Below are positions 9,621 to 19,631 of a stretch of DNA of 53,984 bases, in pieces (the first letter of the stretch is position 1; every line of letters begins with the position of its first letter). Source of the stretch: Candidatus Oleincola secundus. GTDB taxonomy: Bacteria; Atribacterota; Phoenicimicrobiia; Phoenicimicrobiales; Stramentimicrobiaceae. Made by a program: the position numbers and the translations under genes. The stretch covers positions 1-53,984 of the forward strand of contig JAGYLS010000004.1 in NCBI GenBank assembly GCA_018400815.1, given 5' to 3'. The notes beneath the pieces were generated by a model, which did not search any database, had not been told where the DNA came from, and worked only from the letters and a program-made list of their open reading frames with translations.

Positions 9621-9880
9621 AAAAAGAATCAGTCGTTGCCAATTCTTCATAATTCCTATATAATTAAAAAAATTACTGGTGTTCAATTTAATCAAATATC
9701 CAGTAAAGTTTATGTGCTAGATCAAAAATAAACAAACCCGTCTATTTATTTTTTTACTGTAGTGAAAGATTCCATAAACTTTCCTTTGGATATCTACTTG
9801 AGTCCCAATTATAGATATATATTTAATATTATTTATTCCAATATTTTGCAAATCTGATTTGATTCATTATTCCTGTAGTG

Positions 9881-9946
9881 GTTGCGAAAATCGTTCTATC
9901 CTAGGAAGTTTGCCCATTTTAGCTCTTCAGCGTTAAGCTGAGAGAG
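9881..9946 (+). repeat. att-like repeat copy 4 (with 17-bp upstream arm)
   Basis: GTTGCGAAAATCGTTCT-atcct-aggaagtttgcccattttagctcttcagcgttaagctgagag. Confidence 0.75.
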
Positions 9947-10209
9947 TATGGTATTTACTCTTATGCCGTGATATGATTGATATTAAATTCAAGTTTATTT
10001 GATTTATTTAACCATAAAAAACCACCTTTTTTTGAAGGTGGTACTGGTTAAATAAAATGGTTTTACCAGATAGACAAAGCTATACTAACTGAAATATTTT
10101 TTACCTTAAATCCTAAAAATAGAGGGAAAAATAGCATAAAAAGGCTCTTTTAAAAGATAGCCGAGAGATCAAGAGAAAAGTGCAGAGAAAAACTGTCTAA
10201 TAAAAACTT

Positions 10210-10228
10210 AAGCCTCTTTTAGAGGCTT
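10210..10228 (-). terminator. Hairpin downstream of ftsK
   Basis: AAGCCTCT-ttt-AGAGGCTT inverted repeat. Confidence 0.5.
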
Positions 10229-10236
10229 CTTAAGGC

Positions 10237-10253
10237 CACCCGCTATGCGGGTG
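10237..10253. repeat. REP-like GC-rich palindrome, copy 2
   Basis: CACCCGC-tat-GCGGGTG followed by CG, as in copy 1. Confidence 0.7.
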
Positions 10254-10267
10254 CGATATTTACACAA

Positions 10268-12481
10268 TCATTCATTTTCTTCCTGAGTATCATAATTATT
10301 TTTACGTGATAAATAATCATCCTTAGAAAGTAATATCTTTCTTGGGTTCCGACCATCATAAGGCCCAACCATTCCCTTTTTTTCCATAATATCAATCAAG
10401 CGGGCAGCCCTTGTATAACCTATTCTTAACTTTCTTTGCAATATTGATATTGAGGCCTGATTATTATTGATAATGGTGTCAACGGCATCTTCAAATAATT
10501 CATCTTCTTCTTCCTCATTTTCTTCTTCCATTAAGCTTTCCTGGGTTTTTTTATGACTAAGGATATTTTCCTGGTAATCAGGGGCAGGTCCGTTGTCTTC
10601 TAAAAAGGAAACAATATTTTTAATCTCTTTTTCGGAGACAAAAGTGCCCTGGGCACGTATTGGTTTAGATACATTTATAGGTGAGAACAACATGTCACCA
10701 TTTCCCAATAATTTTTCAGCTCCGTTAACATCCAAGATGGTCCTTGAATCTACCTGTGTTGAAACTGCAAAAGCAATACGTGATGGGAAATTTATCTTTA
10801 TCGAACCGGTAATAATATCAACAGAAGGTCTCTGGGTAGCAATAATTAAATGAATTCCGGTAGCTCTGGTCATTTGTGCTAATCTACATAATGCTTCTTC
10901 TACCTTGACTGGCGAAGATAGCATCAAATCTGCCAATTCGTCAATAATAATAACAATATATGGTAAAGGTTTTTCGTCGGTTTTTATGCTTTTTATATAT
11001 TCATGGTATCCTTGTAAATTACGGACACCTACTTCGGCGAATATTTTAAATCGGTTTTCCATTTCAGAAATAGCCCAGTTCAATACTTTGTCAACTTTTT
11101 TTGTATTGGTGATAATCGGAATAATCAAATGAGGTATTCCATTATAAACATTTAATTCAACCCTCTTTGGGTCAACCATCACAAACCTTATCATATCAGG
11201 TCCAAAACGATATATTAAACTTAAAATAATAGAATTAAGACATACACTTTTCCCGGAACCGGTAGAACCAGCAATAAGTAAATGCGGTAAATTAACTAAA
11301 TCTGCGATGATATTCTTTCCCCCAATATCTTTCCCTAATGCAATAGGTAAAATAAGTGAATTATTTTGATAGTCCTTTGATTCAATAATTTCCCTTAGTA
11401 ATACCGTATCTTTTTCTCTATTAGGCACTTCAATACCAATGGCATTTTTGCCTGGAATTGGTGCTTCAATTCTCACAGAAGCTGCAGCAAAGGCCAAAGC
11501 AATATCATTACTGAGATTGGTTATTTTTGACACTTTAACACCTGGTGCCGGCTGAATTTCATATCTTGTAACTGTCGGACCCTGTGTCGCCCCAATTACA
11601 TCTCCCTGGATACCAAAATTATCTAATGTTTTTTGCAACAAAGTGATATTATTCTTTATTTTTTCTTGACCTTTTGTTCTATGCTCTTTTTTTACCTCAT
11701 TTAATAAGTTAGTAGGTGGTATTATATATATGTTATCTTTGGCTTTACCATTCATATTATTCTTATTTTTAGCAGAGAAATCAATCCTCCCCTGTATCGC
11801 CGGCTCACTGTTTTTTTTCGCTTTTGAAGGTAATTTTTTGCTAAAAATAGGTTCTGACCTTTTTTTTGGTTCATCTTGCTTATCTGAATAAATACTAATA
11901 GTTTTTTCTCTATTTGGCCTTTCTATTATTTTTCGTTTTTTCATTATGCCAGAAAATATTTTACTGAATATCTGATAAATTTTACTGAAGAATAAACTAA
12001 TGGCATAAAGAAAAGAAACATCCGTTATAAATAGAATGGCAATTAGACCAAGAGCAATAAGGAAAAGATATGCACCAGTTAAACCAAAATAATTATTAAG
12101 ATATCTTGCTAGATAGAATCCATATAATCCGCCACCTGCTCCATCTCTTGCCAGTAAATAGGAATGATCAATAAAGATTAATTTTAGATGAATGAAAACC
12201 AGGATTATTAATACTAAAGTTGTAATCCCGAAAATTTTATTATAATAATTTTGAAAACGGTAATTAAATAAAAGGCTTAGCCCTTCTACTATTAAGAATA
12301 AGAAAATGAAATATTTACCAAGTCCTATTAATTTATTGATATAATTTGTAATAACATTGATAAATGTAAAGCTGCTTGCAGGAAATAATATGGCAAATAA
12401 ATAATAGACAGCAATTGCAATGATGATGATACCTAAAACTCTTTTTCTTATTGAGTAATGCTTTTTAATATTTTTTGCCAT
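10268..12481 (-). CDS. ftsK: DNA translocase FtsK/SpoIIIE
   Basis: N-terminal TM helices, Walker A GSTGSGKS, IIIDELADLM, gamma domain LQRKLRIGYTRAARL; start moved to MAKNIKK (RBS, avoids uppP overlap). Confidence 0.96.
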   Translation of the reverse strand: MAKNIKKHYSIRKRVLGIIIIAIAVYYLFAILFPASSFTFINVITNYINKLIGLGKYFIFLFLIVEGLSLLFNYRFQNYYNKIFGITTLVLIILVFIHLKLIFIDHSYLLARDGAGGGLYGFYLARYLNNYFGLTGAYLFLIALGLIAILFITDVSFLYAISLFFSKIYQIFSKIFSGIMKKRKIIERPNREKTISIYSDKQDEPKKRSEPIFSKKLPSKAKKNSEPAIQGRIDFSAKNKNNMNGKAKDNIYIIPPTNLLNEVKKEHRTKGQEKIKNNITLLQKTLDNFGIQGDVIGATQGPTVTRYEIQPAPGVKVSKITNLSNDIALAFAAASVRIEAPIPGKNAIGIEVPNREKDTVLLREIIESKDYQNNSLILPIALGKDIGGKNIIADLVNLPHLLIAGSTGSGKSVCLNSIILSLIYRFGPDMIRFVMVDPKRVELNVYNGIPHLIIPIITNTKKVDKVLNWAISEMENRFKIFAEVGVRNLQGYHEYIKSIKTDEKPLPYIVIIIDELADLMLSSPVKVEEALCRLAQMTRATGIHLIIATQRPSVDIITGSIKINFPSRIAFAVSTQVDSRTILDVNGAEKLLGNGDMLFSPINVSKPIRAQGTFVSEKEIKNIVSFLEDNGPAPDYQENILSHKKTQESLMEEENEEEEDELFEDAVDTIINNNQASISILQRKLRIGYTRAARLIDIMEKKGMVGPYDGRNPRKILLSKDDYLSRKNNYDTQEENE

Positions 12482-12498
12482 CTTCCCCACCTTTAGTA

Positions 12499-13317
12499 TT
12501 AAGTTAAATAAATAAAAATTACCGCGATTCCAATGATCCATAGATAATAACTGAATAATCTTAATCTAAATTTTGTTAGCATTTTTATAAAAAATATCAT
12601 AGCCCAATAACCTGATAAAAAAGCAGTTATTCCAGAAATGAGCAACAAATTAATATCAATATCAAGATGAAATATCTCTTTAACTTTAAATAACGAAGCA
12701 CCTATGATAATGGGAACTGACAAAATAAAAGAGTATTTTGCCGCAAATTCACGATCTATTTTTCTGCTAAGAGCCATCATTATAGTAAAACCTGAACGGG
12801 ATATGCCAGGAATAATCGCTAGTGCCTGCGCAAAACCAATAAAGATTGCATCAACACCATTTATCTCTTTTATTTTTTTGCTACCTTGTATCAAATATTT
12901 ATCTGTCAAAAAAAGGCAAAATCCGGTTATAATGAGCATTAAAGAAGTGACGACTGGATTCCCAAAAAGTTTTTCGAACGTAGTATTGAAATAATAGCCA
13001 ATTAGTGCTCCCGGTATCGTGCTTATAACCAATAACCAGGCAAATTTGCATTGCAGATCATCTCGAATGTGATTAAGTAATTTTTTGGGACTATATATTT
13101 TATTAAGGCTTTTACAGAAGGCGAGAAAAATTTCTTTTATATCATTTCTAAACAGAAAAATAACAGCCAATAATGTGCCAAAATGTACAAATGTTTCAAA
13201 GGCAACACCTGGTATTTGTAATCCTAGAAGGTACTGGGCAATTACCAGATGACCAGAACTGCTTACTGGAAGAAATTCGGTTAACCCTTGAATTAAACCT
13301 AAAATAACATAGTGCAT
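12499..13317 (-). CDS. uppP: Undecaprenyl-diphosphatase
   Basis: QGLTEFLPVSSSGH and PGISRSG motifs. Confidence 0.96.
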   Translation of the reverse strand: MHYVILGLIQGLTEFLPVSSSGHLVIAQYLLGLQIPGVAFETFVHFGTLLAVIFLFRNDIKEIFLAFCKSLNKIYSPKKLLNHIRDDLQCKFAWLLVISTIPGALIGYYFNTTFEKLFGNPVVTSLMLIITGFCLFLTDKYLIQGSKKIKEINGVDAIFIGFAQALAIIPGISRSGFTIMMALSRKIDREFAAKYSFILSVPIIIGASLFKVKEIFHLDIDINLLLISGITAFLSGYWAMIFFIKMLTKFRLRLFSYYLWIIGIAVIFIYLT

Positions 13318-13372
13318 TGGCTTCCTTACTTTTATTTTCCTCTGAATGATATTTCTGTATGATTGTTATCTC

Positions 13373-13852
13373 TTATTGATTAGTTTTAATTCCAGTATGT
13401 CCAAAACCACCAATGCCCCGCTTGGTATTGTCCAATTCTTTTGTTTCTATTAAAACTGGTTGAAATGTTCTTTGAATCACTAGCTGTGCAATGCGGTCTC
13501 CTCGATTTACAATAAATTTTTCTTTACCATGATTGATTAGAATTATCTTGATCACACCACGGTAATCTGAATCGATAGTACCTGGCGTATTGAGGACAGT
13601 AATACCATAACGATAGGCTAATCCACTCCTAGGTCTAACCTGGGCTTCAAAGCCTATCGGCAAGGCTATTTTAATGCCTGTTGAGACTAATTTTATCTCA
13701 CCTTTATCAATTTCAACAGCATCTTCTTCGGCAGAAAATAGATCAACGCCGGAAGCATGTTGACTGGCTGCTTTTGGTAAAGGTAAATCATCACAACCTT
13801 TATCCTTTTCTATTTTAACTTCTATTTTTTCTATTTCTTTATTCATCATCAA
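13373..13852 (-). CDS. dut: dUTP diphosphatase
   Basis: RPRSGLA, GTIDSDYRG, RGIGGFGHTG. Confidence 0.97.
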   Translation of the reverse strand: MMMNKEIEKIEVKIEKDKGCDDLPLPKAASQHASGVDLFSAEEDAVEIDKGEIKLVSTGIKIALPIGFEAQVRPRSGLAYRYGITVLNTPGTIDSDYRGVIKIILINHGKEKFIVNRGDRIAQLVIQRTFQPVLIETKELDNTKRGIGGFGHTGIKTNQ

Positions 13853-13872
13853 TAATTATATTTTGTATTATA

Positions 13873-16059
13873 TTACCTATATGAAGTATTTTTACGAGAG
13901 CGATTACTACCATTATCCTTATTATCCCTACTGGTTTTAGGAGTAAGCTCTTTTTTGCTTAAATCAATTTTGCCTTGTTGATCAACGCCAATCACTTTTA
14001 CCTGGAATTCATCGTTAACATTTATGACGTCTTCTACTTTGTCAACATGATAATGGCATAAATTTGATATATGTAAAAGACCTTCTACGCCAGGCAGTAT
14101 CTCGACAAAGGCACCATATTTGGTAATTCTTTTTACCTTTCCATTATATATTTCTCCGGCTTTTACTTCTCTTACCAATCCTTCAATAAGATACTTAGCC
14201 TTATCAATCTTTTCAGTAGTATCAGCAGTAATAAATATTTCCCCATTATCTTTTATGTCAATTCCAGTATCACTTTCTTCGATAATTTTCTTTATATTTC
14301 TACCGCTAGGACCAATAACACTCCCAATTTTATCAGGATTTACCTTCATGATAAACATTTTTGGAACATAATCAGATAAATTATCTTTTGGCTTTTCTAT
14401 TACTTTGTTCATTTTATCAAGAATATAATGACGCCCTTTTTTTGATTTTTCCATTATATCACGTAATATATCAATGGAAACACCGTCAATTTTTAGATCC
14501 ATCTGAATAGCAGTAATACCATCAATAGAACCTGCTGCCTTAAAATCCATATCACCATAATGGTCTTCAATACCTAAAATATCAGTTAATATTTTGTAAT
14601 TATCTTGCTCTTTTACAAGACCAAGCGCTATACCTGCAATTGGTTTTTTTATAGGAACCCCTGCATCCATTAAGGAGAGGCTGGTTCCACATACCGTTGC
14701 CATAGACGATGATCCGTTTGACTCTAGTATCTCTGAGACAACTCGAATAGTATAGGGAAAGTCTGTTTCATCAGGGATAAGAGCCTTAATAGCCTTTTCA
14801 GCTAGAGCCCCATGTCCAATCTCTCTTCTGGATTGAGATCTTCTTGGTTTAACATCACCCACTGAAAAGGGAGGAAAATTGTAATGTAAATAGAATTTTC
14901 GAGAAGCATCTTCTTCTAACGTATCAATAGACTGTTCATCTCTAACAGAACCAAGTGTGGTAATTACCAATGCTTGTGTTTGTCCTCGAGTAAAAAGTGC
15001 ACTGCCATGTACTCTAGGTAAAATTCCTATCTCACATTCAATTGGTCTTACTTCATCTATTTTACGGTGATCAATCCGCATTTCTTTCTCAACAATCAGT
15101 TTTCTCATTAATTCTTTGCATATTGAATCAAAGCTACTTTTTATCAATGAAATACTATATTCATTGTCATTTTCTTCATTATCATAGTGAGAGATTATTT
15201 CGTCAGATATTTTGTTTAAATTATCTTCTCTCTCTTTTTTTTCAAATATTGTCAAGGCTTTTTCAATCTTATCAGAGTAATTCTGTTTTATGAATTGATA
15301 AACCTTTTCTCTTTCTTGTATTAATATTTGGTCAGGCTGCCAGGATTTTTCCAGATTATCTTGTTTAATTTCCTTGGCAAATTGTATCTGCATATCTACA
15401 ATTTTATCAATTTCAACTTGTGCTTTTTCAATTGCGATTAAAATATCTTCTTCAGATAATTCTTTAGCTTCGCCTTCTAACATAATAACAGAATCTTTGG
15501 TTCCGGCTACAATTATATTAAGCTGGCATTCTTTTAATTCTTCTACAGATGGATTAATCAAATATTCTCCATTGAGATAACCCATTCTTACCGCTGCAAC
15601 CGGCTTATTAAATGGTATATCCGAAATATAAAGAGCACAGGAAGCACCTATGATTGAAATAATATCCGGAAGATTTTTTTGGTCATAAGACAAAACAGAA
15701 GTGATAATTTGCACATCATTACGGTAATCTTCAGGAAACAAAGGCCGCAAAGGCCGATCTATAAGCCGGGAAGTTAGGGTAGCGTTTTCGCTTGGTTTGC
15801 CTTCTCGCTTAAAAAAACCGCCCGGTATTTTACCAGCAGCATAGAACTTTTCCTCGTAATCTACCAGTAAAGGGAAAAAGTCTATTCCTTCTCGTGGCTC
15901 TTTGGAAGCTACAGCAGTCACAAGCACAACTGTTTCTCCACAGGTAAGCATAACAGCTCCATTTGCTTGTTTTGCTAACTTACCGGTTTCAATTTTAATG
16001 GTTTTTTCACCGATTTTAATTTCGGTTTTTCTAGTAACGGAATTGGTCATAAATTTCAT
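13873..16059 (-). CDS. pnp: Polyribonucleotide nucleotidyltransferase
   Basis: Two RNase PH domains (RLIDRPLRP, ESNGSSSMA, GDMDFK), KH and S1. Confidence 0.98.
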   Translation of the reverse strand: MKFMTNSVTRKTEIKIGEKTIKIETGKLAKQANGAVMLTCGETVVLVTAVASKEPREGIDFFPLLVDYEEKFYAAGKIPGGFFKREGKPSENATLTSRLIDRPLRPLFPEDYRNDVQIITSVLSYDQKNLPDIISIIGASCALYISDIPFNKPVAAVRMGYLNGEYLINPSVEELKECQLNIIVAGTKDSVIMLEGEAKELSEEDILIAIEKAQVEIDKIVDMQIQFAKEIKQDNLEKSWQPDQILIQEREKVYQFIKQNYSDKIEKALTIFEKKEREDNLNKISDEIISHYDNEENDNEYSISLIKSSFDSICKELMRKLIVEKEMRIDHRKIDEVRPIECEIGILPRVHGSALFTRGQTQALVITTLGSVRDEQSIDTLEEDASRKFYLHYNFPPFSVGDVKPRRSQSRREIGHGALAEKAIKALIPDETDFPYTIRVVSEILESNGSSSMATVCGTSLSLMDAGVPIKKPIAGIALGLVKEQDNYKILTDILGIEDHYGDMDFKAAGSIDGITAIQMDLKIDGVSIDILRDIMEKSKKGRHYILDKMNKVIEKPKDNLSDYVPKMFIMKVNPDKIGSVIGPSGRNIKKIIEESDTGIDIKDNGEIFITADTTEKIDKAKYLIEGLVREVKAGEIYNGKVKRITKYGAFVEILPGVEGLLHISNLCHYHVDKVEDVINVNDEFQVKVIGVDQQGKIDLSKKELTPKTSRDNKDNGSNRSRKNTSYR

Positions 16060-16105
16060 TTCTCCTTAAATTTATTTGCAAGAAGGTAAAAATATTTATA
16101 TTTTT

Positions 16106-16372
16106 TTACTTTCTTAATTTTAGCTGAGTAATTAGTTGACGATATTTATCAATATCATTATCTTTAAGATAATTAAGCAGACTCCTTCTTTTCCCAACCA
16201 TTTTTAATAGCCCATGCTTGGAATGAGAGTCTTTCTTGTTTTGTATTAAATGCTGGGTAAGGCTATTTATTTGCTCGGTCAAGATAGCCACTTGAACTTC
16301 TGTTGAACCAGTATCTTTCTCGTGATGCTGGTAACCTTTTATAATTTTATCTTTAACCTCTTTTTTAATCAT
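16106..16372 (-). CDS. rpsO: 30S ribosomal protein S15
   Basis: [26 protein letters not shown]. Confidence 0.98.
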   Translation of the reverse strand: MIKKEVKDKIIKGYQHHEKDTGSTEVQVAILTEQINSLTQHLIQNKKDSHSKHGLLKMVGKRRSLLNYLKDNDIDKYRQLITQLKLRK

Positions 16373-16681
16373 TTCAACTTACTCTCTCTTTCTGTTATAA
16401 TGTTTATATAGGCATAATAATTAAATTTATTCAATTATTTTTCAATTTTTATAAATTTTTTTCTAGCATCTTCTTATTAAAATACTCAATAATGAAATAT
16501 GTTTTTCTATATTATTCAAATATATATTATACCATAATTAATTTCTTCATTCAAATTTATTTAACTTACTCTTAACACTTCAGAAAATAGATTATTTTAA
16601 ATTTATTCTTATTCAAAGAATATATTTTTAAAGAACTTTTGAATAAAAAAAGGAGTGAAGATTAACTTGTTTGGTAATATT

Positions 16682-17659
16682 TTAGCTCAAGCTATATTTA
16701 TATTCTCTAAAAAAATTTTCAGCAATTATTTTATCTTTTTTTATTTGCGTAGCCAAATCCCTTGCATCTGTAAATCTTTTCTCGTCTCTTATTCTTTTGA
16801 GCAACGAAATGGATATTTTTTTATTGTAAATATCATCACAAAAATCAAATATATATATTTCTACAGAAGTATCGTCTTTTTTATTTCTAAATGTAGGCCT
16901 AAACCCAATATTAACCAAACCATTGTATTTTTTACCTCCAGAATAGGCAAATGCAATATATACTCCATTTTTTGGTAGCAGTTTTTCTTTTGCTAAAGCT
17001 AAATTGGCTGTTGGAAAAGACAGAACAGTACTTCCCCTATTATCTCCATGAATCACTTTACCGGTAAGCTCATAAGGATATCCCAAAAGTTTATTGGCTT
17101 TTTCAATATTACCTTCTATTAAATTTTCCTTAATAATTGTGGTGCTTATTTTTTGTTTCTCATCTAATGTCTCTGGTTTCATAACATATGATTTAAAATT
17201 ATAATAGTTACTTAATTCTTTTATAAGTTTAATATCACCTTTTTTTTGGAAACCAAAACTATAATTGTAGCCAACAAAAACAGCACTCATATTAAATTTT
17301 TTTAACAATATTTCTACAATGAAATTTTCTGCGGTTATCTTCTGAAATTTATCATTAAAATTAATAATAATTATTTGCTGAAGTCCCAGTTCCCTAATTC
17401 GCCTAATCCTCTCTTTTAATGTTGTCAATAGATGAAAATTATTATAATTTTTAATGACCTTTTCTGGATGCTCATCAAATAAAATGGCAGTGCTAGTGGC
17501 ATTGGTCAATTTTGCCTCCTTCACACACCACTTCAATAAAGCCTGATGTCCTAAATGAATACCATCAAAAAATCCTAATGCTATATAATTTTTCAAGTTA
17601 TCATTATCGATACCATATTTTATTTTTTTATAAGTATGGTTGTCTTTAATAGTTTTCAT
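16682..17659 (-). CDS. ribF: Bifunctional riboflavin kinase/FAD synthetase
   Basis: GFFDGIHLGHQ, FPTANL, NIGFRPTF. Confidence 0.96.
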   Translation of the reverse strand: MKTIKDNHTYKKIKYGIDNDNLKNYIALGFFDGIHLGHQALLKWCVKEAKLTNATSTAILFDEHPEKVIKNYNNFHLLTTLKERIRRIRELGLQQIIIINFNDKFQKITAENFIVEILLKKFNMSAVFVGYNYSFGFQKKGDIKLIKELSNYYNFKSYVMKPETLDEKQKISTTIIKENLIEGNIEKANKLLGYPYELTGKVIHGDNRGSTVLSFPTANLALAKEKLLPKNGVYIAFAYSGGKKYNGLVNIGFRPTFRNKKDDTSVEIYIFDFCDDIYNKKISISLLKRIRDEKRFTDARDLATQIKKDKIIAENFFREYKYSLS

Positions 17660-18594
17660 GAAAATACTTTTTCAACCTTATATTTTTTTGTGTAATCAAA
17701 ATCTTCTACTTTTTTCCCTATCGCTAATAAATTGCCATCATAAGAACAAACCCTAAATCTATCGTTAAATTTATTATTACCTTCTTCATTAATTATTTCA
17801 CTTATTTCTCTCTCGGAGAATGGTCCTCCATTTTTTACCCTATCTTCAATTTCTTTATCTTTCAACAATATTATTTTGTTAAAATTATTTAAAGCTTTGT
17901 CAATAGATAATATATTTTTGTACTGCTCCTGGAGTGGCATCCTTAAAAATTTATCAAGATCAATTGATTGTTGTATATTATGGTTACCTATCTCAGTTCG
18001 TTCTAGTCGAGATAAAAAAGCGCCACAACCTAACTTTTGCCCGATATCATTACATAATGTCCTTATATAAGTACCCTTGGAACATTTGACCCTGAAGGTA
18101 ATACTTGGAAAATAATCATATTTTATTTTTAAAATACTTATTTGCTTTATGAATATTTTTCGAGGATCTAAATCAATTTCAATACCTTTTCTGGCAAGAC
18201 TATAAAGTCGTAAACCTTTGTGTCTAAGGGCAGAAAACATGGGAGGTTTCTGCCATATACTTCCCTGAAAGATTGCAAAAACCTCTTCAAGATTGTCAAC
18301 ATTGAGTGCCTGATGGTTAACATTTTTTATTTTCAGTACTTTACCTTTAAGGTCTTGCGTGTCTGTAGTAACACCCAGTACCATTATTCCAACGTATTCC
18401 TTATCTAAAACGGAAAGGTATTGAGCAATTTTGGTTGCACGATTAAGACATACAAGCAGAATTCCAGTTGCAAATGGATCTAATGTACCGGTATGCCCAG
18501 CTTTATTTAATTGTAATTTTTTCTTAATCTTTGAAACTGCTTTTGCTGAAGTAATTCCTTCAGGCTTATTAATATTTAAAATACCATTTATCAT
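17656..18594 (-). CDS. truB: tRNA pseudouridine(55) synthase
   Basis: GHTGTLDPFATG, SKGTYIRTL. Confidence 0.97.
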   Translation of the reverse strand: MINGILNINKPEGITSAKAVSKIKKKLQLNKAGHTGTLDPFATGILLVCLNRATKIAQYLSVLDKEYVGIMVLGVTTDTQDLKGKVLKIKNVNHQALNVDNLEEVFAIFQGSIWQKPPMFSALRHKGLRLYSLARKGIEIDLDPRKIFIKQISILKIKYDYFPSITFRVKCSKGTYIRTLCNDIGQKLGCGAFLSRLERTEIGNHNIQQSIDLDKFLRMPLQEQYKNILSIDKALNNFNKIILLKDKEIEDRVKNGGPFSEREISEIINEEGNNKFNDRFRVCSYDGNLLAIGKKVEDFDYTKKYKVEKVFS

Positions 18595-18638
18595 AATATT
18601 ATAATTGGAACCAGAATTAATTATTCATTTTGATTATC

Positions 18639-19631
18639 CTAATTATCAAGTTCAGTTTGTAATTTTGAAATGATTAGTTTGGTTGTTTCTTTTATAGTTC
18701 CCTTAACACTACAGCCTGCAGCATTTGGGTGACCACCCCCACCAAACATTCGGGCAAATTGGTCAACATTAAACTCACCCTTAGAACGAAAACTGACTTT
18801 GATATAACCATCCTTTGTTTCTCTAAAAAAAGCAGAAACCTTAACTTTTTTTATAGAAAGTATTTTGTCTACAATTCCTTCGATTTCCTCGTCTTTCGAT
18901 TTTGTTTCTATTAACATGTCTCTTGTAACAATTGTCCATGAGATTCTGGAAGAAGAATCTATTTTAATTTTACGTAGTGCTTCCCCCAATATTTTTAGGC
19001 TAGAAAGCTTATTGTTGTTATAAATATAATCTGTAAGACGACTCGGGTTCACACCAAGTTTTACTAAATCAAGGGCAATCTGAAAAGTACTTGCCTTTGT
19101 GTTTGCATAACGAAATGAACCAGTGTCTGTAACAATTGCCGTATATAATGAGATTGCCATTTGCTTGTTTAAGATACAGCCCATTTGCTTTCCTAATCCA
19201 TAAAGAATCTCACCAACTGAAGAAGCATGGGGATTTATATAATTATATTTACCATAAAAGGTATTACTGGGATGGTGGTCAATGTTGACAATAAAATCTA
19301 TTTGCTTTATATCGATATGAATTTTGCCTATTCTATCAAGATTACTCGAATCTAGAACGATCAATATTGTTTTCGGCTTTATATCAAAAAAATATTCTTC
19401 ATCAAGTTTTTCAGTACATGCTATTTCTTCAATACATGGTAAAAATTGATATATGTCTGGAGTTTTATCTTGGTTAATAACCCTTACATCTTTTCCTAGT
19501 TGCCTTAACATTAAATAGAGACCTATTTCAGAGCCCAGAGCATCACCATCCAAATGCACATGTGAACTAATTATAAAATTATTGTATTTCTTTAAAATTT
19601 CAGCTATTTCGCATAGTTTATTATTCTGCAT
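18639..19631 (-). CDS. nrnA: DHH/DHHA1 nanoRNase / pAp phosphatase
   Basis: DGDALGS, IDHH, DTGSF, GGGGHPNAAG. Confidence 0.92.
   Translation of the reverse strand: MQNNKLCEIAEILKKYNNFIISSHVHLDGDALGSEIGLYLMLRQLGKDVRVINQDKTPDIYQFLPCIEEIACTEKLDEEYFFDIKPKTILIVLDSSNLDRIGKIHIDIKQIDFIVNIDHHPSNTFYGKYNYINPHASSVGEILYGLGKQMGCILNKQMAISLYTAIVTDTGSFRYANTKASTFQIALDLVKLGVNPSRLTDYIYNNNKLSSLKILGEALRKIKIDSSSRISWTIVTRDMLIETKSKDEEIEGIVDKILSIKKVKVSAFFRETKDGYIKVSFRSKGEFNVDQFARMFGGGGHPNAAGCSVKGTIKETTKLIISKLQTELDN

Larger units (their letters stand above)
3262..9950. mobile_element. Integrase-less accessory island / tandem cassette remnants at tRNA-Asn
   Basis: Begins at tRNA 3' end; four degenerate att-like direct repeats; non-housekeeping and decayed cargo. 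Confidence 0.65.

Noticed and set aside
3390-9946. Four hairpin repeats as a CRISPR array
   Set aside because: Copies are degenerate and 0.8-4.5 kb apart; no cas genes.
10268-12541. FtsK as a conjugative or ICE coupling protein
   Set aside because: Chromosomal architecture (TM region plus gamma domain) in housekeeping synteny.
16373-16680. S15 leader or ncRNA upstream of rpsO, and ORF 16655-16978
   Set aside because: Extremely AT-rich with no structure I can support; the ORF is antisense to ribF.
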